Of a stretch of DNA of 64,000 nt, positions 10,503 to 19,460 are shown piece by piece (position 1 is the stretch's first letter; every line of letters begins with the position of its first letter). The notes under the pieces were generated by a model. The model was not told the DNA's origin. It searched no databases and saw only the letters and a program-made list of their open reading frames with translations. The stretch spans positions 5,344,001 to 5,408,000 of the forward strand of contig OY762069.1 of assembly GCA_963665095.1 (NCBI GenBank), in the 5' to 3' direction. Origin of the DNA: an uncultured Desulfobacter sp. (GTDB lineage: Bacteria > Desulfobacterota > Desulfobacteria > Desulfobacterales > Desulfobacteraceae). Position numbers and translations under genes: made by a program.

Positions 10503-10904
10503 TTACCGGCTGATACTTAAGACTCTTGGCCTGTTCTTTGTCAGGCCGGCCGGTCTGTATCCCTGAAGGGCTTTTCTGCCATGCTTCAGATGGCTGATGC
10601 TTGCTTCCAGATGGCTTTTGTGTTTTTGTATCTCAACCCCAATGGTTTCGTCAACCCTTAGAATGATCCCAAGTCGTTTCTTCAGCTGGTTCAGGGTGTT
10701 GATATCCTCCGGGCCTCTGGATGACCCGGTGGTGGCAATAAAGTCATTGATGGCTGTTTTCAGCGCCTCTGATGCAGATCTGCGCTCCAAGGTCATCCGG
10801 GACATGTCAGGCAGCTGCTCTGACTTCAAAAGGGTCAGGTGTCTGTCCTGAAGTATTTCATAGTCGTTGCACTGCTTTGATATGTTTTCAACAAGTGCTT
10901 CCAT
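10503..10904 (-). CDS. Helical flagellar accessory protein, FliT-like
   Basis: 133-aa helical protein after fliS, C-terminal GRKALQGY; call rests mostly on position. Confidence 0.5.
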   Translation of the reverse strand: MEALVENISKQCNDYEILQDRHLTLLKSEQLPDMSRMTLERRSASEALKTAINDFIATTGSSRGPEDINTLNQLKKRLGIILRVDETIGVEIQKHKSHLEASISHLKHGRKALQGYRPAGLTKNRPRVLSISR

Positions 10905-10918
10905 GATTCATCCTTATG

Positions 10919-11404
10919 CTAAATGGCGATACTTGTTCTGTGTCCGTGTTTTTCATATCCGGAATATCCTGCCGGGGTTCCGGGTTTTTGCTGCATGGCC
11001 CCATTGCCAATATTTTTTGCGGTTTTCCCCGCACCCATGACACTGGTTTCCCAGATCCGTTTGAGTTCCATCAGATATCTGTTTGCCCGTTCCAGGGTCT
11101 CAATGTCATTGGTGATGGATACCTTGGCCAGTTCATGCATCATGGTGATGTATAGGTTTCTTAAAAAGATGATCTCTTCTGTCATGTTATCATTGTTAAG
11201 GGATGCATTAAGTTCTGAAATAATGGCAATGGCTTTGCCGGTATTTTCACCCCGAAGCTTCGGGTCTTTTCTTTTCACCCCTTCCTTGGCCATGTTGATT
11301 CTCTTGATGGCGCCTTCGTAAAGCATGAGGATCAGTTTCAGGGGATCAATTTCACTGCTTACCTGTACTTTTTGATAGGAATTGAGGGCATTGTTGTAAA
11401 CCAT
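10919..11404 (-). CDS. fliS: Flagellin export chaperone FliS
   Basis: Y..VQV...P.KLILMLYEGAI, KAIAIISEL..SL, LRNLY, ELKRIW. Confidence 0.95.
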   Translation of the reverse strand: MVYNNALNSYQKVQVSSEIDPLKLILMLYEGAIKRINMAKEGVKRKDPKLRGENTGKAIAIISELNASLNNDNMTEEIIFLRNLYITMMHELAKVSITNDIETLERANRYLMELKRIWETSVMGAGKTAKNIGNGAMQQKPGTPAGYSGYEKHGHRTSIAI

Positions 11405-11434
11405 TAACTTAACGCTCCTTTTTGCTGCAACCGT

Positions 11435-13477
11435 CTAATCATCATCATTGTCGGTTGCACTGAAAATTTGTGATACATAGGACTGCATGGATTCCATTTC
11501 TGCCATATAGGAGTCCATTTCAATATACTGCAGGGTTAATGTTTCGTATTTTTTATCCAGCCGTTCGGTTTCGTTTTCAATGTCTTCTTCCAGGTTGTCA
11601 ATCTGAACATCAATGGCACCGGTCTCACTTTCAATGTGTCCGCCAAGCTTGGTCAGCTCCAGAAGATGGTCATTGAGAAGATCCCCAAGGCCTTCGTTGT
11701 CATCATCTCCGATAAAAAGGGCCTGGACATCTTCAAAGTTGCTTTCCAGCATGTCATCCAGGGTTTCTTCATCAATGCTGACGGTGCCATCGCTGCCAAT
11801 TTCAAACCCCAGATCATAAATGGTGGATGAGCCGACTTTTGTTTGAAAGACATTGAGCAGCCCGCTCATCATGGTGTCCACAGAGGTGTATTTAGCCAGG
11901 GATCCCCAGGTCTCTTCGTCTTCATCATAATCATCATTCTCGTCAATTTCCGCGACAAGATCGTTGAATAAAGAGACCAGTGTGGTGATATTTTCCTTGA
12001 TATCCTCAGTGTCCTGGGCAACAGAAATGGTGGTGCTGCCTGTTTCTGAAATGGAGAGGCTCATGCCTGAAATTACGTCACTGATGCTGGCGTTACTCTG
12101 GCGCTGGTATTCAATGCCATCTACTTTGATAATCGCGTTGAGGGTTGATTCTGCCGGAGTGATTGTCGCATCGCTGGTGAATCCAAGATCCGCTGCCGCT
12201 GTGGAACCTGCATCACTCCAGTTGAAGGTGACACTTGCCAGATCTCCAGCTTCCGAAATCTCCAGTTTCCCTGAGCTCTCATTCCATGATACCTGGTAGT
12301 CGGCCCGGTTTCCACTCGCTTCAGATGCGGCTTCAAGAGCCTCTTCAACGGCAGCAGCCAGGTCTTCACCATTGTTGTACACGCCGTCCTCAATTACAGC
12401 GGTCAGCGTAGTGACAGTGCCATCTTCAGATTCTTCCTGGAAAACGATGTCGGTATCTGCATCTGCCTGGCGGATAACAATGGGGGTATCAAATGAGATG
12501 CTGTCCTCCGATGTCATGATAAATCCGGCGCCGCTCTCCTCTGTCATGGCAAGATTGGAAAGCTGGGAAGTAATGGATATCCGGTTGTCTTCACCGGTGG
12601 CATCGGCTTTGAGTACCAGTTGATAGGGTTCGTCTCCGTAACCGGTATCAATGATGGATGCGGTCACCCCGGGATTGTCTGAGGCGTCATTGATCAGTTC
12701 GGCTAAATTTTCGAGACTGGTGTCAGCACCCACACTGATGGAGACTTCCGTATCTCCAAGCATGTATGAAAAAGTGGTGTCTTCAGCCGAAAAATCCATA
12801 CCATCGGGTTCGTTGGTAATCATGACCCGGTCGTCTTCGCCGGAGCCGCCGGCAGTGGAGGCAATTGTTATGTGGTAAAGACCGTCATCGTCTGTGTTAA
12901 CCGTGGCTTCAATGCTGACACCATCCGCTGTGGCAGCCGTATTGATCGCAGATTCAAGGTCCGTTATGGTATACCCGCCGGTGCCGCCGGTGATGGTGAT
13001 GGTCTGCCGGCTATCGCCATACCCGTAGGCGATGGTCATCTCCTCGTCTTCGGCAAGGACAATGTCGGTGGCTTCAACGCCGTCTTCGGATGTCTGACTT
13101 GTGGGGACATATACGGTGTTGGTTTTGGCAGCAACACCGTCAGAGATAAAGGAACTCTGGGTGGCAAGTTGCTCCACTTCCACGGTATAGGATCCTAATT
13201 CGGCACCATCTGAGGAGGAGACACTGAGGATTTCGGAGGAGACAGATACGGAACGCGCCATGAAATTTGAGCTTAACGACAGGGCAGAGGCATTGGTTTT
13301 CATATCAAGCAGCAGGGCATTGAGTACATTGAACTCATCCTGGGTTGCCTGAAGATCAGTGATTTTCTCTTCTTTGGTTGTGATGGTGGCTTGGTCGGCT
13401 TCCCGCAAGCTGTCCAGAATATCCTGGACATCAAGGCTGGAGCCGAGCCCCAGTGAAGTTATTGTGCCTGTAGCCAT
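11435..13477 (-). CDS. fliD: Flagellar filament cap protein (680 aa)
   Basis: ITSLGLGSSLDVQDIL, GSYTVEVEQLA, YQLVLKADATGEDN, VDGIEYQRQSN.ISDVISG, C-terminal coiled coil. Confidence 0.95.
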   Translation of the reverse strand: MATGTITSLGLGSSLDVQDILDSLREADQATITTKEEKITDLQATQDEFNVLNALLLDMKTNASALSLSSNFMARSVSVSSEILSVSSSDGAELGSYTVEVEQLATQSSFISDGVAAKTNTVYVPTSQTSEDGVEATDIVLAEDEEMTIAYGYGDSRQTITITGGTGGYTITDLESAINTAATADGVSIEATVNTDDDGLYHITIASTAGGSGEDDRVMITNEPDGMDFSAEDTTFSYMLGDTEVSISVGADTSLENLAELINDASDNPGVTASIIDTGYGDEPYQLVLKADATGEDNRISITSQLSNLAMTEESGAGFIMTSEDSISFDTPIVIRQADADTDIVFQEESEDGTVTTLTAVIEDGVYNNGEDLAAAVEEALEAASEASGNRADYQVSWNESSGKLEISEAGDLASVTFNWSDAGSTAAADLGFTSDATITPAESTLNAIIKVDGIEYQRQSNASISDVISGMSLSISETGSTTISVAQDTEDIKENITTLVSLFNDLVAEIDENDDYDEDEETWGSLAKYTSVDTMMSGLLNVFQTKVGSSTIYDLGFEIGSDGTVSIDEETLDDMLESNFEDVQALFIGDDDNEGLGDLLNDHLLELTKLGGHIESETGAIDVQIDNLEEDIENETERLDKKYETLTLQYIEMDSYMAEMESMQSYVSQIFSATDNDDD

Positions 13478-13512
13478 TTTAATTCTCCGTATTCATAAAA
13501 TCTTATAATTAA

Positions 13513-13539
13513 TTATCGGTAAAATTCGGTAATACTTTA
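13513..13539 (-). promoter_or_regulatory. Sigma28 (FliA) promoter for the fliD operon
   Basis: Minus strand TAAA-N15-ACCGATAA, near consensus TAAA-N15-GCCGATAA. Confidence 0.8.
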
Positions 13540-13554
13540 TATAAATCCAAAAAT

Positions 13555-13603
13555 AAAACGCTTCCAAAGCGGTGCCGGTGCATCCCCACTTCAGAAGCGT
13601 TTT
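13555..13603 (-). terminator. Hairpin / probable terminator after the downstream flagellin
   Basis: Minus strand AAAACGCTTCTGAAGTGG...CCGCTTTGGAAGCGTTTT (10-bp perfect stem extended by G-U pairs) followed by a T-rich tail. Confidence 0.55.
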
Positions 13604-13638
13604 TAATGCCTGCCTTTTTTAAGAGCCTGTCATACAGG

Positions 13639-16494
13639 TTATTGCAGCAGCTGCATGATATTTTCCGCTGACGCGTTGGCCTGGGCCAGGGCATAGGACC
13701 CTGTCTGGGCCAGCAGTGACAGGTTGGAAAAGGTCATGGATTCCTCTGCAAAGTCAATATCCCGGATGGTGGATTCCGATGCCAGAATATTGGTCTTGGT
13801 CACTGACAGGTTGGCAATGGTGGATGACAGCTGATTCTGGACAGAACCAAGATCAGCCCGGGTTTCGTCCAGGGCGGAAAGCGCGGCCTCCGCAATGCTG
13901 ATGGCCCGCTGGGCACCTTCCGAATCCAGGACGCTGATATCGGCCAGGGTATATGACTCCACGTCACTTAAGCCCACAGTGCCGGCATTGGCTGTGTTAA
14001 CGCCGAGGATAGATCCTGTGGCAATGGTGCTGCCCTCTTCGATCATCATATCCTCTGACAGGGTTGTATTGGCATCTACATACAGATCCGATGTCAGAAC
14101 ATCTCCTGCCTTGACTTCGACCTCAGTGGTAGAACCACCGCCGGTAGCGGTGTTGAGTACCATATCCTGGGAAATGACAGTGCCGGCTTTTAAAAGTGTG
14201 TCAGCCGCCAGGATACTGCCTGCTGTAACGGTCATGTCGCTGTCCAGAAGTTCCTGCCCTGCCAGGGTGATGGACCCTCCAATGGTTGACCCTTCGGCAA
14301 TGACGCTGCCGCTTTCAAGGGTGGATCCGGCTTCCAGTTGTGTCAGTTTGTAGGTTTGCAGGTCTGTTGCTGTGGAGTTAAGCTCCCCTCCCATTACATA
14401 GGTGCTATCTCCGAGGGTGGACCCTGCAATCAGCTTGGATCCGGCCGCCAGTTCCGACCCGGATTCTAGGGTCATATCGGTGGCCATTGTGGCGGTTGTC
14501 AGGGTGACGGTGACGGCGGCCCCGGGAATTGCTAAGGTGCCATTTGTATCAGTTCCTGCCGTAAGAATGGAGCCTGAGGCAATTGTAGAGGCAGCCGCGG
14601 GTGTGAAGTCCTCTGATAAAACCTGATCCTGGCTCAGGGTGTACGCCGCATTGGCTGTAACTGTGTCCCCGTCAACAATGACACCGGCCGTGGTGACCAG
14701 GGTCGGTCCGCTGTAGGTGGTACTTGCAGATAAAACCAGTGCTGTGCCGTCTGCCAGCTTGCTGCCGGCGGTGATTACGCCGGTGAGCCCGGTATGATTC
14801 AGGTTCAGCAAAATATTGCTTGCTGTCGGGTCTGTTGTTGTTGAGGCGCCTTCTGCGGAGTTATAGGTTGCACCGATTTCAAATGTTGCACCAAGCTGGG
14901 AGCCGTTGGTCAATACAGACCCAGCTTTGATTTTTGTATTGTCCGTGTCTGTGGAATTATACGCCACGGTCATGTCGTTGGCCAGGGTGACATCCCGGCT
15001 CAAAGTCACTGCAGAGGCCAGGGTATCGCCCACATTGTATGTCACGGTCGAACCGCTGGCAGTTGTGGTGAACGCGGTGGTAATAATGGTTCCCTTACCC
15101 AGAATGGTATTTCTTTCCAGGGTTGACCCGGCGGCTATCAGCATATCCTGCTCCAGGGCGTTCATCCCGTCCGTGGTATTATCTACAATATCGCCGGCAA
15201 CGGTGATGGAACCGCCAATCACTGACCCTTTGGCAATTTCTGTGGTGGGGTAGAGGGTTGACCCTGCCATGATTTCGTAGTCAAGCTGGGTGGAATCCAC
15301 CGTGGATTCCACAATAGCGTCCCCGCCCACAATGGTGCCTGCGGAGAGCGCAGAACCCACGGAGATGGTGGAGCCTGCGGCCAGGATGGAGTCTTCCACC
15401 GTTGTCATGTCGGCATCTATATCAATATCTCCGCCCACGGCCCCAGCGCCGATACCGCTGATCTGGAACTGGCTGACCCCGTTCTGGGTCAGTTCCAGGT
15501 ATCCGATGGTGGACATCTGGCCGGCCGTGCTGCCGAAAACACCTGAAATGCCGCCTTCCACCTCAATGGCCCGGCCGTCGGTTGAGTTCAGGGTCAGGGT
15601 GCCGTTGGAATTGATGTATGCTTCGATGCCGGTCTCTGAGGATTTGTCGTTGATGGCTGTTACGAGCGCACCGTTGGAGTCATTGTCATCGACCTGGATG
15701 TCACCGATGGCCACCCCGTTGATGGCAAAATTGTCCCCGGTGGAGCCTTCCTGAATGGCTGTGGTGGTCGTGCTTCTGACGATGGCATTGGCAGATATTC
15801 CGGTAACGGAGGTGTATTTGTTAATCTCGTCTTCAAGCGCCCCCATACCGTTATCCCGGTCATTATTAAATTGAATGTCTATGGTGCTCAGTTCGAGTTT
15901 TTCCCCGGTGATGGAGGATGTGATGGTGAGTTGTACCTCTCCGCCGCTGTCACTGGCCAGGGTCAGGTCGGCCTGGGAAATATGGCCGATGGAGTTGGCT
16001 TCGGTGGAGCCGATGGATATCTGTGCGGTTTCATTGGCAAAGGCACCGACCTGGATCACTTTGTCGGTGAAGACGCCGGAGAGAAGTTTTTGCCCGTTGT
16101 AGGATGTGGTCTTGGCAATGGCGTCCAGCTCTTCAAGCAGTTTATCAATGTCATTCTGGATGGCCCGCCGGGTGTCTGTAGTCTGCCCGTCAGATGCCGC
16201 CTGGATGGCTTTGGTTTTAATGGTGTTGACAATGTTGATTGATTCCTGGAGTGCCCCGTCGGCTGTCTGCACCATGGAGATGCCGTCATTGGCGTTTCTG
16301 ACAGCCTGGCCGATGCCGAGATACTGTGCCTGGAGCGAGTCGGCAATGGCCATGCCTGATGAATCGTCTGCGGCTTTGTTGATCCGCAGTCCCGTTGAGA
16401 GCCGCTCAAGGGATTCGCTCAAAGAGGTATCATTGGATACCATGCTGCGATGGGCATTGAGTGCGGCAATGTTGGTGTTAATTTTTAGTGTCAT
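13639..16494 (-). CDS. fliC: Flagellin, second copy (951 aa, sigma54-linked, FlaB-like)
   Basis: INTNIAALNAHR, ERLSTGLRINKAADD, NANDGISMVQTADGAL, RADLGSVQNQ, ASESTIRDIDFAEE, ALAQAN. Confidence 0.97.
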   Translation of the reverse strand: MTLKINTNIAALNAHRSMVSNDTSLSESLERLSTGLRINKAADDSSGMAIADSLQAQYLGIGQAVRNANDGISMVQTADGALQESINIVNTIKTKAIQAASDGQTTDTRRAIQNDIDKLLEELDAIAKTTSYNGQKLLSGVFTDKVIQVGAFANETAQISIGSTEANSIGHISQADLTLASDSGGEVQLTITSSITGEKLELSTIDIQFNNDRDNGMGALEDEINKYTSVTGISANAIVRSTTTTAIQEGSTGDNFAINGVAIGDIQVDDNDSNGALVTAINDKSSETGIEAYINSNGTLTLNSTDGRAIEVEGGISGVFGSTAGQMSTIGYLELTQNGVSQFQISGIGAGAVGGDIDIDADMTTVEDSILAAGSTISVGSALSAGTIVGGDAIVESTVDSTQLDYEIMAGSTLYPTTEIAKGSVIGGSITVAGDIVDNTTDGMNALEQDMLIAAGSTLERNTILGKGTIITTAFTTTASGSTVTYNVGDTLASAVTLSRDVTLANDMTVAYNSTDTDNTKIKAGSVLTNGSQLGATFEIGATYNSAEGASTTTDPTASNILLNLNHTGLTGVITAGSKLADGTALVLSASTTYSGPTLVTTAGVIVDGDTVTANAAYTLSQDQVLSEDFTPAAASTIASGSILTAGTDTNGTLAIPGAAVTVTLTTATMATDMTLESGSELAAGSKLIAGSTLGDSTYVMGGELNSTATDLQTYKLTQLEAGSTLESGSVIAEGSTIGGSITLAGQELLDSDMTVTAGSILAADTLLKAGTVISQDMVLNTATGGGSTTEVEVKAGDVLTSDLYVDANTTLSEDMMIEEGSTIATGSILGVNTANAGTVGLSDVESYTLADISVLDSEGAQRAISIAEAALSALDETRADLGSVQNQLSSTIANLSVTKTNILASESTIRDIDFAEESMTFSNLSLLAQTGSYALAQANASAENIMQLLQ

Positions 16495-16593
16495 GGTCTA
16501 AGTTCCTCCCTGATGGTGTTTATCCATTGTGCAATGACGACGGGTTTAAAACCGCTGAAATTTAAAATTACATTTTTTTATAAATGAAAGTTG

Positions 16594-16608
16594 GCAAAAC
16601 CTGTGCCA
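16594..16608 (-). promoter_or_regulatory. Sigma54 promoter for the 951-aa flagellin
   Basis: Minus strand TGGCACAGGTTTTGC, GG-N10-GC, 100 nt upstream of the ATG. Confidence 0.85.
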
Positions 16609-16796
16609 AAGAGGAACGGCGAGATATAATATCTTTAAATCTCAGAAGGTTAGTTGTTTTTTTGGCGGGAATTTTAAAAGGGGGCGTGTTGAAAAAACAG
16701 CATCTTTTTCCGGGTATCTATTTGAATACAGGCAATATTTTCCTAAATGAGTTTTGGGTAGGAGCTTTCAGGAGAGGTGTATTTCTGGAACCAAAC

Positions 16797-16830
16797 GTAA
16801 AAACCCCGGCAGGAGAAACTCCTGCCGGGG
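16797..16830 (-). terminator. Rho-independent terminator after the 793-aa flagellin
   Basis: Perfect 12-bp stem CCCCGGCAGGAG / CTCCTGCCGGGG with 3-nt loop, followed by TTTTT on the minus strand. Confidence 0.85.
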
Positions 16831-16856
16831 AAACAAGTTGCTTGTTATTATAAGGG

Positions 16857-19238
16857 TTACTGGAGCAGGCTGAGCAGGTTCTGGCTGGCAGCATTGGACT
16901 GTGCCAGTGCATAGGAACTTGTCTGGGCAAGCAGCGACAGGTTGGAGTAAGTCGATGCTTCCTGGGCAAAGTCAACATCCCGGATGGCGGATTCCGATGC
17001 CATGATGTTGGTCTTTGTGGTCGACAGGTTGGCTATGGTCGAAGTGAACTGGTTCTGTACTGAACCCAAATCACTTCGGGTGGAGTCAAGGTCGGCAAGC
17101 GCTGCCTCCGCAATGGAGATGGCCAGCTGTGCGCCTTCCTGGGAAAGCACATTGACGTCTGATAACCTCAGATTTTCAGTGTCACTTAAGCCTACCGTTC
17201 CGGCGTTGGCTGTATTGACCGCCAGCACGGTGCCTGTCATGAGAACACTGTCTTCTTCAAGGGTCATGCTGGTGGACAGACTCAGATCTGCGTCCAGAAC
17301 AACCGCGTCTGTTAATACATCACCTTTTGAATAGTCAACAGTGCCCACAGTGAAATCCTGGGTCACAACAGTCCCGGCTGCCAGGGTGGAGCCTGACTGG
17401 AGGGTGGACCCTGCAGATACTGTCATGTCACTGTTCAACGTTTCTATTCCAGACGTTGTTGCCGTACCGCCGATGGTTGAACCTTCAGCCAGCGTGGAGC
17501 CTGTGAGCAGAGATCCGGCAGTCAGCTCAGTTCTTTCGTAGGTAGTGGATGTTGCACTCGTTACAACGGTGTCTCCTAATTCGGAGCCTGCCAGCATGGT
17601 ACTGCCGGTAACAATGGTGGAACCGGCTTCAAGGGTCATATCTTCAGACAGGGTTGCATTTGCAGCCAGAGTGACGTCTGCGCCCAGCTGAGAGCCGACA
17701 TTCAGGATGGTGGAGGTTTCCAATACGCTGTCTTTTGCAAGGGTCATGTCTGCCTGAAGGGTAACATCTCCGTCCAAAGTAACATCTGAAGTCAGTTTGT
17801 CACCGACTTCGTATGTTACTGCAGAGGCACCTGTCCCAACTGTAAATTCAGTGGTGACAATTGTTCCTGACTCCAGAGTTGTCCCTGATGCAAGGGTGGA
17901 GCCTGCAGTGACCAGCATGTCTGAAGTTAGCGTTGCATCTGCAGAGCCCACGGTGATCATTGCACCAAGTTCCGTACCTTCGTCAATAACTGAAGTCGCG
18001 GTCAGCATGCTGCCGGCTACCAGTTCAAAGTCAAGTGAAGTATTGGTAACTGCGTCAGCCGTAATATCTCCACCAAGTATGGTTCCTGCCGCAAGGGTGC
18101 TGCCTGTACCAATGGTTGACCCTGCTGCCAGGATTGAGTCTTCAACCATCGTGGTTGTGTCAATGCCGATGTCCGCGCTGACAGCCCCGGCCCCAATACC
18201 ACTGATCTGGAACGTGGCCGTTCCGGCCTGACTGAGAACGATATGTCCCAGGGTGGACATCTGGCTGGCAGTGCTGCCCATAACCTCAGATACAGAACCG
18301 TCAATGTCAATGGCTCTGCCGTCCGAGGAGGTCAGTGTCATGGTGCCGTCTGAGTTCATGGTCGCGGTTACGCCGTGTTCCGTGCTTTTGTCATTAATGG
18401 CGGAAACCAGGGAACCGGTGGAATCATTGGCTAAAACAGATATTTCGCCGATGGTGATGCCGTTGATGGCAAAGTCACTGCTGGTGGAACCTTCTGTTAT
18501 GGCCTTTCCGGTGGTGACATTGACTACCGCATCTGCACTGATACCTGTAACAGAGGTGTACTTGTTGATTTCATCCGCCAGCGCACCGATGCCGTTTTCA
18601 GCCGCGTTGTTGGCCTGAATGTCAATGGTGGCCAGGGAGATCTCTTCGCCGGTGATGGAGCTTGTGATGGTCAGCTGGGTTTCTCCGCCGGAGGCACTGT
18701 CTAAAGTGAGCTCTGCTGTACTGATATGACCCACCTTGGTGGATTCGGTGGATCCGATGGAGATGGATGCTGTCTCATTGGCATAGGCCCCGATCTGGAT
18801 GTCCTTGTTGGTGAAAACGCCGGAGAGCAGTTTCTGTCCATTGTAGGACGTGGTCCTGGCGATAACATCCAGCTCTTCCATGAGCTTGTCAATGTCAGCC
18901 TGGATGGCTTTTCGGGTTTCAGTGGTCTGGGAATCCGAGGCAGCCTGGATTGCCTTGGTTTTAATTGTGTTAACAATGTTAATGGACTCTTCAAGAGCGC
19001 CGTCAGCCGTCTGAACCATGGAGATGGCGTCATTGGCGTTGGCAACAGCCTGGCCAATACCTAAATGCTGGGCTCTAAGTGAGTCGGCGATTTTCATGCC
19101 CGAGGCGTCGTCAGCAGCCTTGTTGATCCGTAAACCTGTGGAGAGGCGGCCGAGGGATTTACTCAGATTGTTGTCGTTGGAAACCATTGCCTTGTGGGCG
19201 TTTAATGCGGCTACATTGGTGTTGATACTAAATGCCAT
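16857..19238 (-). CDS. fliC: Flagellin, first copy (793 aa, sigma28-linked, FlaA-like)
   Basis: MAFSINTNVAALNAH, RLSTGLRINKAADDASG, RSDLGSVQNQ, ASESAIRDVDFAQE; AAGGAGG RBS before ATG 19238. Confidence 0.97.
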   Translation of the reverse strand: MAFSINTNVAALNAHKAMVSNDNNLSKSLGRLSTGLRINKAADDASGMKIADSLRAQHLGIGQAVANANDAISMVQTADGALEESINIVNTIKTKAIQAASDSQTTETRKAIQADIDKLMEELDVIARTTSYNGQKLLSGVFTNKDIQIGAYANETASISIGSTESTKVGHISTAELTLDSASGGETQLTITSSITGEEISLATIDIQANNAAENGIGALADEINKYTSVTGISADAVVNVTTGKAITEGSTSSDFAINGITIGEISVLANDSTGSLVSAINDKSTEHGVTATMNSDGTMTLTSSDGRAIDIDGSVSEVMGSTASQMSTLGHIVLSQAGTATFQISGIGAGAVSADIGIDTTTMVEDSILAAGSTIGTGSTLAAGTILGGDITADAVTNTSLDFELVAGSMLTATSVIDEGTELGAMITVGSADATLTSDMLVTAGSTLASGTTLESGTIVTTEFTVGTGASAVTYEVGDKLTSDVTLDGDVTLQADMTLAKDSVLETSTILNVGSQLGADVTLAANATLSEDMTLEAGSTIVTGSTMLAGSELGDTVVTSATSTTYERTELTAGSLLTGSTLAEGSTIGGTATTSGIETLNSDMTVSAGSTLQSGSTLAAGTVVTQDFTVGTVDYSKGDVLTDAVVLDADLSLSTSMTLEEDSVLMTGTVLAVNTANAGTVGLSDTENLRLSDVNVLSQEGAQLAISIAEAALADLDSTRSDLGSVQNQFTSTIANLSTTKTNIMASESAIRDVDFAQEASTYSNLSLLAQTSSYALAQSNAASQNLLSLLQ

Positions 19239-19241
19239 GTT

Positions 19242-19259
19242 CAATTCCTCCTTGAATTG
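19242..19259 (-). promoter_or_regulatory. Putative CsrA-binding hairpin overlapping the flagellin RBS
   Basis: Minus strand CAATTC-AAGGAG-GAATTG: 6-bp stem with GGA in a hexaloop; csrA and fliW lie in the same locus. Confidence 0.6.
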
Positions 19260-19396
19260 TTTGGTACACGGGCGTCAATGCCCTTGGCTTAGTTCAGTTT
19301 TGAATTAAGTTTTGTGTGTCTGTTTATAGGAAACTTTTTCTTTGGTTCTGTTTTTAGAAGATCCTCCTCGTGTTTAAAGTTTTTGTCATGAAAAGA

Positions 19397-19423
19397 AAAT
19401 CGGATCTTGTGAGACAAACTTTA
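19397..19423 (-). promoter_or_regulatory. Sigma28 promoter for the 793-aa flagellin
   Basis: Minus strand TAAA-N15-TCCGATTT with the extended -35 TAAAGTTT. Confidence 0.7.
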
Positions 19424-19460
19424 AAAAAAACATTAAAATTCGGAAAAAAATGTACGAGTT

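Noticed and set aside
14001..18146. Ice-nucleation protein repeats in the flagellins (AGST resembles AGYGST)
   Set aside because: The period is 6 rather than 8/16, there is no Tyr ladder, and the repeats are degenerate.
2878..19308. Many antisense and alternate-frame ORFs over flgK, flgL, fliD and the flagellins
   Set aside because: Shadow ORFs from codon bias in long low-complexity genes; no independent motifs.
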